Shown piece after piece: positions 1 to 13,292 of a stretch of 64,000 nt of DNA (position 1 is the first letter of the stretch; each line of letters begins with the position of its first letter). Under the pieces are notes generated by a model. That model was not told the origin of the DNA, made no database searches, and saw nothing but the letters and a program-made list of their open reading frames with translations. A program made the translations under genes and the position numbers. Location of the stretch: assembly GCA_951406725.2 (NCBI GenBank), contig OX597838.1, positions 15,562,001 to 15,626,000 of the forward strand, in the 5' to 3' direction. Source of the DNA: Octopus vulgaris (lineage: Eukaryota).

Positions 1-149
1 ATAATAGCGTGTAGGATATTGGGTTAAAAAATCCCTTGGAGTCAAAGGCTGCCCTAGATCTGTCATGACCACAGATGTAGTTTCAGGTCCCACGGGATTT
101 TGACTTTTGTGTCCAAAGAGATTTTAACCAATATTCTACATGCTATTAT
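1..149. repeat. Fold-back / MITE-like inverted repeat
   Basis: 1-40 is the approximate reverse complement of 112-149. Confidence 0.75.
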
Positions 150-231
150 TTATAGCTTTATCTAGTTTGAGTTCCACTGTTAAAACAATTTATTTTACAT
201 ATATATACATACATACATACATACATATATA

Positions 232-371
232 AAAATTTAAAGGACTGACCACTAAAAGTGGATGGTCAACATGCTAGATATAGATGTCAAAATCGCTATT
301 TTCCACAAAGAATGTGTGTCTATATCTAGCATGTTGACTGTCCACTTTTAGTGGTCAGTCCTTTAAATTTT
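232..371. repeat. Near-perfect inverted repeat, ~54-bp arms
   Basis: aaaatttaaaggactgaccactaaaagtgga... pairs with ...tccacttttagtggtcagtcctttaaatttt. Confidence 0.9.
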
Positions 372-461
372 GTATGTAAAAAATATTTTTAACCTTCGGA
401 TTTTTTTAAATATGCTAGGCCACTGGTTTTAATTGATTAATATCAATTTCTACCCTTATTC

Positions 462-501
<40 letters not shown>

Positions 502-2022
502 GGTTGGGTGTACAAATGGGAGAGAAAGAAGTACTCAATACATGTAGTGGTGTATTTATTTGTTTGAATTTGAAGATACATTTCACTCTGTTGCTTCTCT
601 GAATGTCCTACTCTCTCGTCTGTGCCAAAAGTGGCTGCTCTTCTTTTTCCGTTTCTTTCTCTACCCCCCATTCTTTGCTACATTACATTACTGGGTCGAA
701 CGCAAGAACAAGAAGAGAAAACTTCGAGAGTAGCAACGAAGTGTGTCTTCAGTTTCAAACAATATGTGTGTGTGTGTGTGTGTGTGGTGTGGTGTTTGAT
801 CTTTCGCTGTTTCCCCCCCACATTTTTCCATGTATGGTGCTGGTGTCATTAGCTGCATGTCATCTAACATAAACTTGGCTGCTGCTTCGTTAATTTCCCT
901 CTGCTCCGTTACCTCCCATTTGCACCACCCACCCACCCACCCTGCCTTCTATTTTGTAGTCTGCATGCTGCTAGCCACTGCTTCATTAATGTGTACATGC
1001 TTTATTACAGTTGCTGTTGCAATTCTGTTCCAAATTTGTGCAGTTTTGCAAAAAGAAAAAAAAAGAAAATCCTGCAGAAAAGAAACATTTTTATTTGATT
1101 ATCAAAAGCTTTTGTACATATATGTATATATGCTTGTGTATATACACACACTCATAAATATATGCATATATGCATTTATAAATATATATGAAAAATGTGT
1201 ATGTTTATACATGATGATAATGATTTCCGTGACTAATTATATAATTGTAATTTGCTTTAATTAGTACTGTTTTGGTATTTTAGGTGTTTATTGTTTAATT
1301 AATCTTTAATTGCTTACTAATTTTAGGGTTGGTTAAAACAGTTATTCCCTTCATCCCTTTTGAGACCTTCTGCCTCTGTTACAAGTCATTATTACTATAA
1401 TTAATCGTTTTCCTGTCGAGTGTCAAAATCATTGCAACATGAGATCTAATGTTTCTTGGTATAGAATTTCAGCTGTTTTGTTCTAAATTCACACCTCTGG
1501 CAAACTTTAACCTGCCTCCCCTTTCTCTTTTTCTATGAGTGTTGATAGAATAAGTACCAGCTGCGTACTGGAGTTTATGAAATTAATTATATGTCTCCCT
1601 CCATGGCTGCTTGTAAGTTCTGTGTCTCCTCTATGGCAGTACATACTTAGTTTAAATACACCAAGATTGGCTTTGTCCGTTTCATTCCTTTCAGGGTCAA
1701 TAAAATAAATTACTTAGTCAATTACTGGAGTTGCTTTAATTGACTAACCCCTCCCCTCAAAATTGCTGGCCTTGTGCTGAAATCAGAAAAAATTATGAGG
1801 TGACAATGGTGAGCTAGCAGAAGTGATTAGAATGTGGACAAAATGATTTGTAATACTTGTTCTGTCTCTTTATGTTCTGAGTTCAAGTTCTGCTGAAGTC
1901 AACTTTGGCTGTCATCCCTCTGGGTGTCAATAAAATAAAGTACCAGTCAAGTACTGAGGTCAATATAATCAATTAACCTCTTTCACACTAAAATTGTTGG
2001 CCTTGTGCCAAAATTTGAAGCA

Positions 2023-2067
<45 letters not shown>

Positions 2068-2151
2068 GTTTAAGATGTAACACAGTATCCAATGTCATGA
2101 TGTTGTTAATTGAAGATGTTGTCTACCGGAGTTGTGGTACTGTCAAGTCAC

Positions 2152-2186
<35 letters not shown>

Positions 2187-2946
2187 TTGTTATAAATTCC
2201 TAGAAAAATACCACAGTCTCTAGAGAAATATATCCGGTTCCTTCATGGCATAGTTGGGTCCCATTTCCTTTTGTAGTAATCAAAACCAAACACACACAGA
2301 TACACACACATGCACTCGTATATTCTTTCAAAGACTGGTTCTGTTTTCTTTCTAGATTGAAAGTGGAGAGCCAATGAAAATTAATTGACTGGTCTCCCTG
2401 TTTTTATGAGTTCAGAAATATTTAGTTCATTTTTTTTGCCACTGTGATATTTGGCAGTTTTGACTCAAGGTCTAATCTTCACCTTTAAAACCCGTTAAAT
2501 AAATCCTGTTAATTAACCCCAAGATCCATCATCACACGGTCCAGCAAAGTTGAGTGTTTAGTTCCACATGTGTTGCAAGTTCAAATCCTACCAAAGTTGT
2601 ATTTGTGATGAAATTGGCATTTGACTTTACAAGTAGCTATTAACTACTTAAGTAAAATATCTGTAGTTTCTAATAAAGTAACCAATTTAGAAAACACAGA
2701 AAACTCTCCTGTCCACTTAAACCCCCATGCCCTTCGGCCCCTTATGTCTTACTTTTTCTACTTTCACTGTTCTTTGGTGATGGTTTTTTTTCATTCTTAT
2801 CTCTCTTTCAAAATATTAGCTCTACCCTTCCACTAACCTCTTGTTAAATACCTTCCCAGGACTAAATCTGTCTCCAGCCCCCTTTTCACTTCATTCCATT
2901 CTTACAACCTTTTGGTATGTATTCCAAAAGTCTTTTCTTCTCTTGC

Positions 2947-2999
<53 letters not shown>

Positions 3000-3264
3000 T
3001 GTTTTTTAATTTCATATTTTTATTATTTCTATCCACAATGTCTACTTTGCATTTTTTTTTTATCTCTCTTTCTTTATAATTTTAAATACTTTGCTGAAAA
3101 AAATTTTTTTTTATTGATTTACACACAAACACAGACACCTGGTAATGCTCTGCATATTGTTAGACAGCTCATGTAACATACACACATACAGTATATTTTA
3201 TAGCATCACATAGCTCATGCATCAAGCACAAATTTTTTTTTGCATAGTATCATCTAACTCATGC

Positions 3265-3297
<33 letters not shown>

Positions 3298-3982
3298 TTT
3301 TATTGTATTATATCACATTGTCTATGTATTATATACTCACATGCACACACGACCCTAGATACTACCCAATGGTTATGTATTACACTAACATAGTATTTTA
3401 TAGTATTATATTATCTGTGTGTGGGTGTGTATCTCTCTCACACACATAGGCACAAAATACCAGCGGCACCAATAGCCTTGTTAACCACCCCTTGTTAGCC
3501 CACCACTGTGTTGGGATGTACACCATTAATAGCTGCAGGGTAAACAAATGTCTGTTTTGATCTAGTTCACATTGTTTTCTTTGTTGTCATTCCCAATGGA
3601 CCCTACCGGACAGTAAGGAGAGGGCAACATTCCTAGATTACCAAACTGCACCCTTGCAATAAACTGCTGCATATCTAAGCATGCAGTATGTTCTTACATT
3701 ATATATGAATATATATTGCATTAGGAAGGGCATCTAGCCGTAGAAACCATGACCAATCAGACTGGAACCTGGTGCAGGTTTCTAGCTTGCCAGCTCTGGT
3801 CAAACTGTCCAACCCATGCCAGCATGGACAATGGTCGTTAAATGACGATGATTATATGTACTACTAGATCTTTGATTGCATTTAGGTGTATGCTGTAAGA
3901 AATGAGTTTGGGAAATTTGGGAAATTGTAATATTAATGATAGCTAATCTTGAACATTTAGTTTGAATCAAGTCTAAGAATCT

Positions 3983-4590
3983 TGTACACATATCCAGAAT
4001 TAAGACACCTGATTACGATCCGGTCAGGGACCGTGTACATGTATCTCGGATTAAGACATTTGATTGTGATCCAGTCATGAACCATTTATACATATATAGG
4101 CTTATGACATCAGGCTATCTGTCTATCTATCTGCTCAGTCGAAGTCGACTCTCGATCACTCGTTGGATCAATGTCCTCCAGTCAGTTCTATCCTGGGCTG
4201 CTTCTTTCAGATTGGCTATGTCCATTCTGGTATCCCTCTTGATGGTGTCAAGCCAGCGGTTCTTGGTCGACCTCTTCCTCTCTTGCCACTGACCATTCTG
4301 AGCATGATGTCCTTCTCCAGGGATTTTCTCCGCATAATATGACCAAAATATGCCAATCTATGCTTGGTGATCCTAGCTTCTAGAGACATTTTCGGCCTGA
4401 TCTGCTTAAGAACTTCTCCATTGGTGAGCCTCGCTGTCCATGGAATCCGTAAAAGTCTTCTCCAACACCAAAGCTCGAATGCATTAATTCTCTTCTGGTC
4501 ATCAGGCACCATGTACATATATACATCTGATTATGATCCAATCAGGAACTGTGTACACATATCTAGGATTAAGACAACTGATCGTGATTA
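3983..4590. repeat. ~51-bp minisatellite interrupted by a LINE
   Basis: Repeated tgtacacatatc..attaagaca..tgat..gatcc..tcagg on both sides of the LINE. Confidence 0.7.
4116..4499 (-). mobile_element. 5'-truncated RTE/BovB-like LINE 3' end
   Basis: RINAFELWCWRRLLRIPWT...YFGHIMRR..LEKDIML..GKRGRGRPR; (GATA)n tail; catcaggc duplicated at 4108-4115 and 4500-4507. Confidence 0.9.
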
Positions 4591-4988
4591 GCATTCCAAA
4601 CCAACTGAAACTTTGTACAAATGCTGATATTGTTAAAAATATTGCTGTGGTTATTATGCACGCACGCACGCACACACACACACACACACACACTGGTATA
4701 CACATACTCAGAGGCACACATATACACAGTTACAAAGGTAAATGTACATATTACACATAAACAGAGGTTCACACACATACATATAAACATATACATACAT
4801 GCATATACATAAATGTATGCAAATACACATGCAATATGCACCTTAATTAAGCATCAACGAAATACTTATTATTGGATTGTAATTATATTTCTTAATTAAC
4901 AGAGCTGAAAGGTCAGTTTTTCTTCTGAAACAAAAAAATAAAGAACAAACAAGACAAAAAAAATTCTGCTTTTCTCCTGTGTACATAG

Positions 4989-5336
4989 GTCCGAAACGCG
5001 GCACACTGAAGGCTATGATGTCAGCATATAACAGTTGTGAAGCAATGCTCGAAAATTTGAGCAGTGGTAGCAGTAGTGATGGTGATAGCATGGATGAAGG
5101 TGGCGAGGATGTCAGTGGTGTTGGCATTAGCGGTGCCGTTGCTGGTGGGTACAGCAGCTTCACTTCTGTTGCCAGTGACAAAGCCGTTGCTTTCACTCCG
5201 TCGTCTTCTGCCGGCTCTGCTTCTCCGAAGGGTTACAGGTCGCCGCCCTCTTCTTCTGCTTCCTCCTCTTCCTCTTCCTCTTCTTACCGGACCCCACCTT
5301 TGGGTAGTCACTTGCCCGAACACTTTGATGACAATG
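4989..5336 (+). CDS. STRN3: Striatin-family gene, Ser-rich linker exon (phase 1-1, 348 nt)
   Basis: Pyrimidine tract plus tag acceptor and G|gtatgc donor. PKRGTLKAMM...MLENL resembles the striatin RPNRSKLQDMLANL segment. Phase matches the 13761 exon. Confidence 0.8.
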
Positions 5337-5579
5337 GTATGCATGCAATCATTTTAAATAGTTGCTTTTTCTTTATTTGTTCTTGCTTTTGTTTTATTTG
5401 ATTATTTGTTGTTTTTTTTTGTAATATTTTTTGCATTTTCAATTTTTTTAATACCCTCAAAACCCCATGTATAGATTTTATACTGTCTGATACTCTTTTC
5501 AAGTTTGGAGTCTATATAGTCTTAAAACCCCTTTAGTACAATGGGTATGTATATATATATATATATATATATCATCATC

Positions 5580-5856
5580 GATGCCAGCGCCGCCTCGACT
5601 GGCTTCCGTGTCGGTGGCACGTAAAATGCACCAATCCGACCGTGGCCAATGCCAGCCTCGCCTGGCTCCAGTGCAGGTGGCACGTAAAAAGCACCTACTA
5701 CACTCACGGAGTGGTTGGCGTTAGGAAGGGATCCAGCTGTAGAAACTCTGCCAGATAAGACCGGAGCCTGGTGCAGCCTTCTGGCTTCCCAGATTCCCGG
5801 TCAAACCGTCCAACCCATGCTAGCATGGAGAACGGATGTTAAACGATGATGATGAT
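5580..5856 (+). mobile_element. RTE LINE 3'-end copy (also ~3718-3852, 7405-7732, 16903-17082, 17148-17262, 21545-21732, 24440-24576)
   Basis: Matches the 3' UTR and tail of the RTE at 55.6-58.6 kb: ggttggcgttaggaagggcatccagc...ccatgctagcatgg...(GAT)n. Confidence 0.85.
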
Positions 5857-8800
5857 ATATATATATATATAATTGTTAAACAGGACAGTAAACATTAAGG
5901 CAAGGCAATATTATTATGGGAAGAAAGTCAAAATCTTTACACCTGTTTCTGCGATATCCCCGAGTATGGGATATTCTGTCATCAGAGACAAATAGGGAAA
6001 ACTTGTATAACTTAGTGGTTTGGCAAAAGAGACCGATAGAGTAAGTGCTAGACTTACAAAGAATAAGTCCTGGGGTCAATTTGTTCGACTAAAGGTGGTG
6101 CTCCAGCATGGCTGAATAATAAAAGAATAAAATAATATACATACAACACAATCAGTGTTGCACAACACTAATATAATCCAGTGAATTAGTTTTTAATTTT
6201 TTATTTCATATATAGTTGTATGTATGGCTTTGTGGTAAGAAGCTTGCTTCCCAACCACCTGGTTCCAGGTTCAGTCCCATTACGTGGCACCTTGGGCAAA
6301 TGTCTTTTACTATAGCCTCAGGCTGACCAAAGCGTTGTGCATGGATTTGGTAGGCAGAAGCCGAATGAAACCCATTGTGTGTGTGTGTTCCCACAACCAC
6401 TTGACAATCAGTGTTGGTGTGTTTACATCCCCATAACTTAGTGTTTCAGCAAAAGAGACTGGTAAAATAAGTTCCATGCTTGGAAAAAAAAAGAGGTACT
6501 GAAAAATCACGCCCACATTTGTATGGGTTTTGGTATAACTCTTGTATAAATAAAAACTAAATCTTCTAAAAATAATAGTTTTATTACATTATTAAGGTTG
6601 TATTTCTTTGTAAAAGTTAGTGTGTGTGTGTGTGTGTGTGTGTGTAAAAGGACTTTCTTGCCTGAAGCAGGTATGGCTGTGTGGTAAGTAGCTTGCTTCC
6701 CAACCACATGGTTCCAACTTCAATCCCACTGTGTGGCACTTAGGGCAAGTGTTTTCTACTAAAGCCTCGAGCTGACCAAAGCCTTTGATTTTGTAGGCGA
6801 AAACTAAAAGAAGCCCATTTGTGTGTGTGTGCGCTGAGGTCAAATTTGCCTTTTGTTCCTACAACATTGGTGAAATAAGTTACTGGAGTTAATGAAATCA
6901 ATACCCACCTATCCCTAAATTGCTGCCCTTCTGCCTAAATTAGAAATAATTATTCAAACCTCCTAATTTTAATTTTAATGAAAAAGGTCATATTTATACA
7001 TGGAGTTTTAGAGTTCTTATTTTTCTTTTATGTTGATTATTATTATTATTATCATTATTGTTGTTGCTTTGGTTGAGTCTGTGTATTAATTTAAATATTA
7101 CTTAGCTTGCGAATGTAGACTGAACTTCATGGTCATCTTATTTACTGACCCTCATAATCATCCACACACTCATGCAATCACAATCACACCTCACTCAGAT
7201 CCACACAATCTGTATTCCCTCACAAATGCTCTCTTACTCACTTTTTCATGAACACTTACACTTCAACCTGCTATTATACACACATTCAATAAAGTTCATA
7301 GATTCAGTTTTACTTACCTTATCCAACATGAAATGCTGAGTTTAGTGTAGGAATCCTGCATGATATAAGATAAGAGTGAGGTTTTCCTACATTTTACTGC
7401 AAGCCCCGACTGGCCTCCGTGCCGGTGGCACGTAAAAAGCACCATCCGATCGTAGCCGTTGCCAGCCTTGCCTGGCCCCCGTGCCGGTGGCACATAAAAA
7501 GCACCATCCGTCCGTGGCCGTTTGCCAGCCCCGTCTGGCACCTGTGCGGGTGGCACGTAAAACGCATCCACTACACTCATGGAGTGGTTGGCGTTAGGAA
7601 GGGCATCCAACTGTAGAAACACTGCCAGATCAGACTGGGCCTGGTGCAGCCTTCTGGCTTCCCAGACCCCAGTTGAACTGTCCAACCCATGCTAGCATGG
7701 AAAACAGACGCTAAATGATGATGATGATGATGTATTCTGTGGCTATTTGAGTTGAAGAGAGAAGAATTTTTAACTATAGAAATCTGGCAGGAGAGTGTTT
7801 AGGCAGCACGTAACCAGTACTTTATTTTACTAACCCAGGAAGTATGGAAGGCAAAGCTGACTTTAGCAGGATTTGAACTCAGAATGTAGAGCTAAAACAA
7901 TACGGCAAAGCATTCTTTTTTTAATACACTAACGATTCTCTCAATTCACTGCTCAGTTATTCACAAATAATAAAGGTCTGGTTGAGAATTGAACCACTGA
8001 ATATGGTGGTTTGACATTAGGACCTTTCTCTTCTACATTTTAGTTTTGTTCATTGCACTCTCCTTATCATTCTGTAAATTAGAAATGAGTTAGCAAACAG
8101 CTGTTTGCTCTCCACCTCTCTTCTTTACAAGAAACTGTGGTGAAAGGACTCTGACCAACCCCACATGACTGCAAGTGGACTAATGCATGTCAATAAAATA
8201 AAGAAACTGTGTGAACTGTCAAGTAATTGACAGTGTTGATCATCCATATTGGTTACTGTGTTAGTTTGGTATCAGAACTGCATTTGGTGTAGTACAGAAT
8301 ACATTCTGTGTGAACATTAATTTTGTCAAAGGTTTTTCTAGAAAACCATATCCAAATATTTATTGGGGGTAATACTATTCTTACACCTGTCCTGTACACT
8401 CATGTCATAACAGAAGCAAGCATCAATAATTTTGCAGACAATTTTCATATTAAGTGAATTTAGCTGCAATTATGCTGAGAGATGGTGTCTGTTTGTTTTT
8501 TTTTTCTTTTTTTTTTCGCTTCTTATTACTGTTGTTGAAAATTTATTTCTATATGTGAGTGTAATTTAAAAAAAATTTTACTTGTGCTTGTAGGGGCCGT
8601 AGTTTGTTGTCCTTGATTCAAAAGACATATAGGTATGGTTACCTAGCAGTGAAGGTGCTTAAACCTCCCCATAATCATAACACTAACTCAATTTTTGTCC
8701 TTGGATGGCAACTGTTATTTCCTATTTGCTTTCCCTTAGAAAGTATGAAAAATGGCTTATATTTCCTTCAAACTTTACATTTATTCCAACACCAAAGAAT

Positions 8801-10574
8801 CCCCTCTCAGCACATGGCTACAATGCTCCCCCACTACTCCTGCTCACAATCAGAGATGTACATATTGTCAGCCACTAATGGACATGCTCAAGTGGTTATG
8901 GTCAAGCAAATGACAAGCAAATCTGTGGTATTGAATAGAATATTTGTTGTAATGATATTTCTACTTCAGTAACTCAGTGCTGAATCTGTTTGAAATTTAA
9001 TGGAAAATAGATCAGTTTCAAAACATTGATGTCCAGGTTACAAAAACAAAGTTTGAAGGGAATAGTAGTCATTTCCTTTGATTTCTAGATAGAATCAAAT
9101 ATGAAATAATATTGACCAAAGACAAAAGAAAAAAGAAATTATGTCACAGTGTAATATATGAGGAAAACATCTGTCACACTATCAGCTTATCCTTGGTCAT
9201 GAATGGAATGCCTTTGATCATAGGTCTGCTCAATGGGATTTGACTTAGGGCTAAACAGCAGCTATAACTTGTATTTTTGTTTTCATCTGCTGGAATGAAT
9301 TTGACTTTGAATAATGTTCGCTAGACTGTAGGCTAATTTCTTAAGACCAGTTTACTTCCTCTAAACAAATTAATTTTCCCTATATCAATCAGTATTATTA
9401 TCTTGTTGATTTACCTGCTGATGTCTTATGAATCACTGATGAAGATCATAAAGACTGAAATATATCTGGCATTGTCTCCCTTACTTGCTGAAATAAATAA
9501 ATAAATGAAACAATAACAGTATTAGCTGTTGACTAGCATTGATTTCTCCCTCCTCCACCTCATCATAATTATCTCCACTGGAATATTTATTGTAGGGATT
9601 ATTAAAATACTAACACTAACTTGTTTATTCATCATATGCCATCTCTTCTTTAAATACTTCTAATTCTCCATGCCAACCAATGTACTTCCTTGTGCATTTA
9701 CTCAAGGATTCCTTCACCACTTCTTTGATAAGTGTGGCGAAATGTGTACTTCACTGATAAGGTCATGATAACACTGAAACCTATTTGAAGTTGTCTTCCA
9801 TATTAAGTAAAATAATTAAAACAGTATTTTAATCATTTTTTTTATATTCCTTTTTCCTGACTGCATATTTATTTCTGGCAATATTCGTGATGTTGCTTTC
9901 ATTAAAATTATATTAGAATTAACTTAACTATCACTATTTTGTCTATATAAACTGGGTATATGTCATTTTGAAACACCTGGTGTGTGTGTGTGAGTGTGTG
10001 TGCGTGTGCATGTGTGCATACATGCACATATTCTCATTATTTTACTATTTTCTCTTAAATATAGTTGTTGTCGTTATGGCTGTTGTTGCTGTTGCTGCTA
10101 TTACTACTGTTGTTTTTGTTGTTGTTGCTACTGCATGTGTTGCTTGTTAGCTTAATTACCATTACATCATACTCTCCCCTTCTTGATGACTCCACCCCCA
10201 CACTACTCCATCAAATCATATACCCCTCCATGACTATCACCACCTGCCATCATCCGGCTCTCCCAATTCTCCTTTCTTAAATAAAATGGGAGAGGTCAAC
10301 AAATAAGTTACGCAAAACTTTTTGATCCCCACCTCATCTACTCGCCATCTTTTTCTCTTCCTCTTCCTTTTATTTTGTTGACAGGTCAATAATTGTTACT
10401 TTCATTGATCCTGAGGTAAGGCATGCGTGTTAAAATTAAAGCTAGTGGACCTACTACTTGGCTAGATGGTTACTCAAACTTTACTCCTACTCAGAATAAA
10501 AAGGCCCTGCTTGATACTGTCAGAGGTTGCTTTTCTTCTCAACTTATAAACTTTCATTTGTTTGCTAGTTCAAA

Positions 10575-10822
10575 TATTGTTGAACTGTGACCTTGAAGAA
10601 TTTTAGTCAGTCGTTTATTGATCTTTAAACTGTTAAATTGTGGCCTTCAAGAATTTTAGTCTTATATTGATCCCTCCCCGACAAATTGTTGAACTTTACC
10701 TCCAAGGATTTTAATCTTGTAATAACTCCTAAGTCATTGAACTATGACCTTCCTAGACTTTAATCTTATATTGGTCCCTAAACCTTAAATCATTAGATTG
10801 CAGCCTTTAAGTTTTTTAGTCA
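10575..10822. repeat. Degenerate ~50-bp minisatellite, ~5 units
   Basis: Recurring ttgaact..gacctt.aaga.ttttagtc. Confidence 0.65.
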
Positions 10823-11235
10823 CACACTTTTACATATATATATACACACACACACACACACATATATAATTAATATAAACAGCAGGTTGCAATGTTTCAC
10901 CAAAAAGGAGAATTATGATTGTCACTAAATATGACTAGGGTGTTAAGAAACGCTTACATGCTAGAAATAGGAGCTAAAATGCACCAATACTGCAGTTAAT
11001 GCACATAAACTTATATATTAACAAGGACCTGAACTATCCAAAAATTTCTGATCAAGAATTCTTGAAACTGGCATCAGTTTCACCAATTTCTATTGCCTTA
11101 TCAGTTCAGCCTGGTTGATCTTGGCTTTCTTCGGCTTGCTTCTCTATTATAGTATATATGTTTTTGTCATCCAAATTAATGGATGATTTAGCGATTCGCT
11201 AATGTGTATACATAAAAATTACTATAAGCAGCAAG

Positions 11236-11269
<34 letters not shown>

Positions 11270-12027
11270 TAAATTAAATTAGAGATAAAACCACTATTAG
11301 ACAAATCAAACAGTGAAAAACATAAACCAAAACATAGAAATAAAATTAATATAAAATACAAAATTTAAATTATTTAAATTTAAAATTATTAATTTATATT
11401 TATAAATTTATATATATATAGTATGTATATATGTAAAGGTGTGTGGCTTGGTGGCTAGTGTAATTGGCTCATGATCAGAAGGTTGTGAGTTTGATTCCTG
11501 GTGGCATGTTGTCTCCTTCAGCAAGGCACTTTATTTCTTGTTGCTCCAATTCACTGAGTTCTATCTGTAGTTCAGTAGACTGGTCTTGTCACATTTGGTG
11601 TGCCATGCTGAATCTCCCCAAGCACTACGTTAAGGATCCGTGTGTTTGTGGAGTGCCACTTTCAAATTTTCACTAGCAGGTTTTTCTGCTGATTTGGACC
11701 AACTGGAACCCTTATTGTTGTAACTGACAGTGTTCCAGTCAGCCACACATATATATATATGCTTTTGGTGCAAATGGTTTTTTTTATACAGCGCCAAGTT
11801 TACAATCCTGTAAATAATAATAGTGGTATTTTTTTTTATATAAGTTTAAAGCTTATGGCGATCACCATGCAATGACTAAGGAAAGTGTCTAATAAAGGGG
11901 CATATAAGCCCTCGACAGAAAAAAGAAGGCTTTCCTTGTATATATACTCTTTTACTCTTTTACTTATTTCAGTTATTTGACTGCGGCCATGCTGGAGCAC
12001 CATACATATATATATATATATATATAT

Positions 12028-12302
12028 CACGTGATCACATGACCGACCAGGCCATCAGATGTTGCTACACATCGCTGGTCACAATGCGTTCACATTGTTT
12101 TTAGCCTTCAAATGACGCTACCCTGCTGGCTAAGCGAGCAGGCCAACAGAAGAAAGAGTGGGGAAAGAGTACATTAGGGATCACCACCCCTTGCCGGAGC
12201 CTCGTGGAGCTTTTTAGGTGTTTTCGCTCAATAAACACAACGCCCGGCCTGGGAATTGAAACCGCGATCCTACAACCGCGAGTCCGCTGCCCTATATGCC
12301 TC
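12028..12302 (-). mobile_element. tRNA-derived SINE (same family as 33272-33575)
   Basis: Reverse complement of the 33.3-kb copy, with internal deletions. Confidence 0.85.
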
Positions 12303-12354
<52 letters not shown>

Positions 12355-13260
12355 CACACACACACACACACACATTGCCCCTTTCTGTACCTTACCTGGT
12401 TATTATAAATTTCATTGTTAGGGCTTTGGTCATCTTCATTCTGTGTTAAAAGACTTGCAGTAGGATTGAAATGGGAATCACATACTATGCAAAAGCAAAA
12501 CTCTAAATCACACCATTATTTTAGCCCCAACATGTTTTTCACCAATTCAGTTTCTTCCTTATTTAAAAATTTTTTTTTTATATTATCATTTAGAAGGAAA
12601 CTTATGTTTCCTTCCAAATACTCGCACCTGCACATTCATATACCCATACAGAGATAGGGGCATATACATAGATATGGACACATGCACAAACATAGACATA
12701 CAGACATGTATGTGTGTATACAGACACACACACACACATACTTATATACAGATGTATATTTAAAATATACACACGCGTATGCTTTGCTAGGTGGACATCT
12801 TTGACCATATCTCATTTTTACCATCTCTCTCTCTCTCTCTCTCTCTTTCACAAACAGTGTTATGTGCATTCGTATGTATATACAAAAGTCTGTTTATCTT
12901 AAACAAATATGCCACACCACACTGCTATGGAGCTGTTGAACCTCTGTTTCACCCGAGAGCTTATTCTGATCAGAGACCCATGTAGTGTTGTTGCAACTGG
13001 TCTTAGCTTCAACAACAACAACAACAACAAAAGTATTCTTTTTTTTTTTGGTTTTGTTTTGTTTTGTTTTGTTTTTGTTCACAGGAATTTTAGGAAAGAT
13101 TCCAAACTATCAAACAAAAAGAAAATGATTTTTAACAAAAGATTCTGTTTCTTATCCACCTAACTTATCACTAACTCATTATTATCTTTACTATTATTAT
13201 TATTATTATTATTATTTTATTGTTCCCTCAATTTTGTTCCCATTTCTTGCCGAGTGTTTC

Positions 13261-13292
<32 letters not shown>

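Noticed and set aside
694-740. Purine-rich exon-like segment after a pyrimidine tract
   Set aside because: No AG acceptor and only weak donors; it needs transcript evidence.
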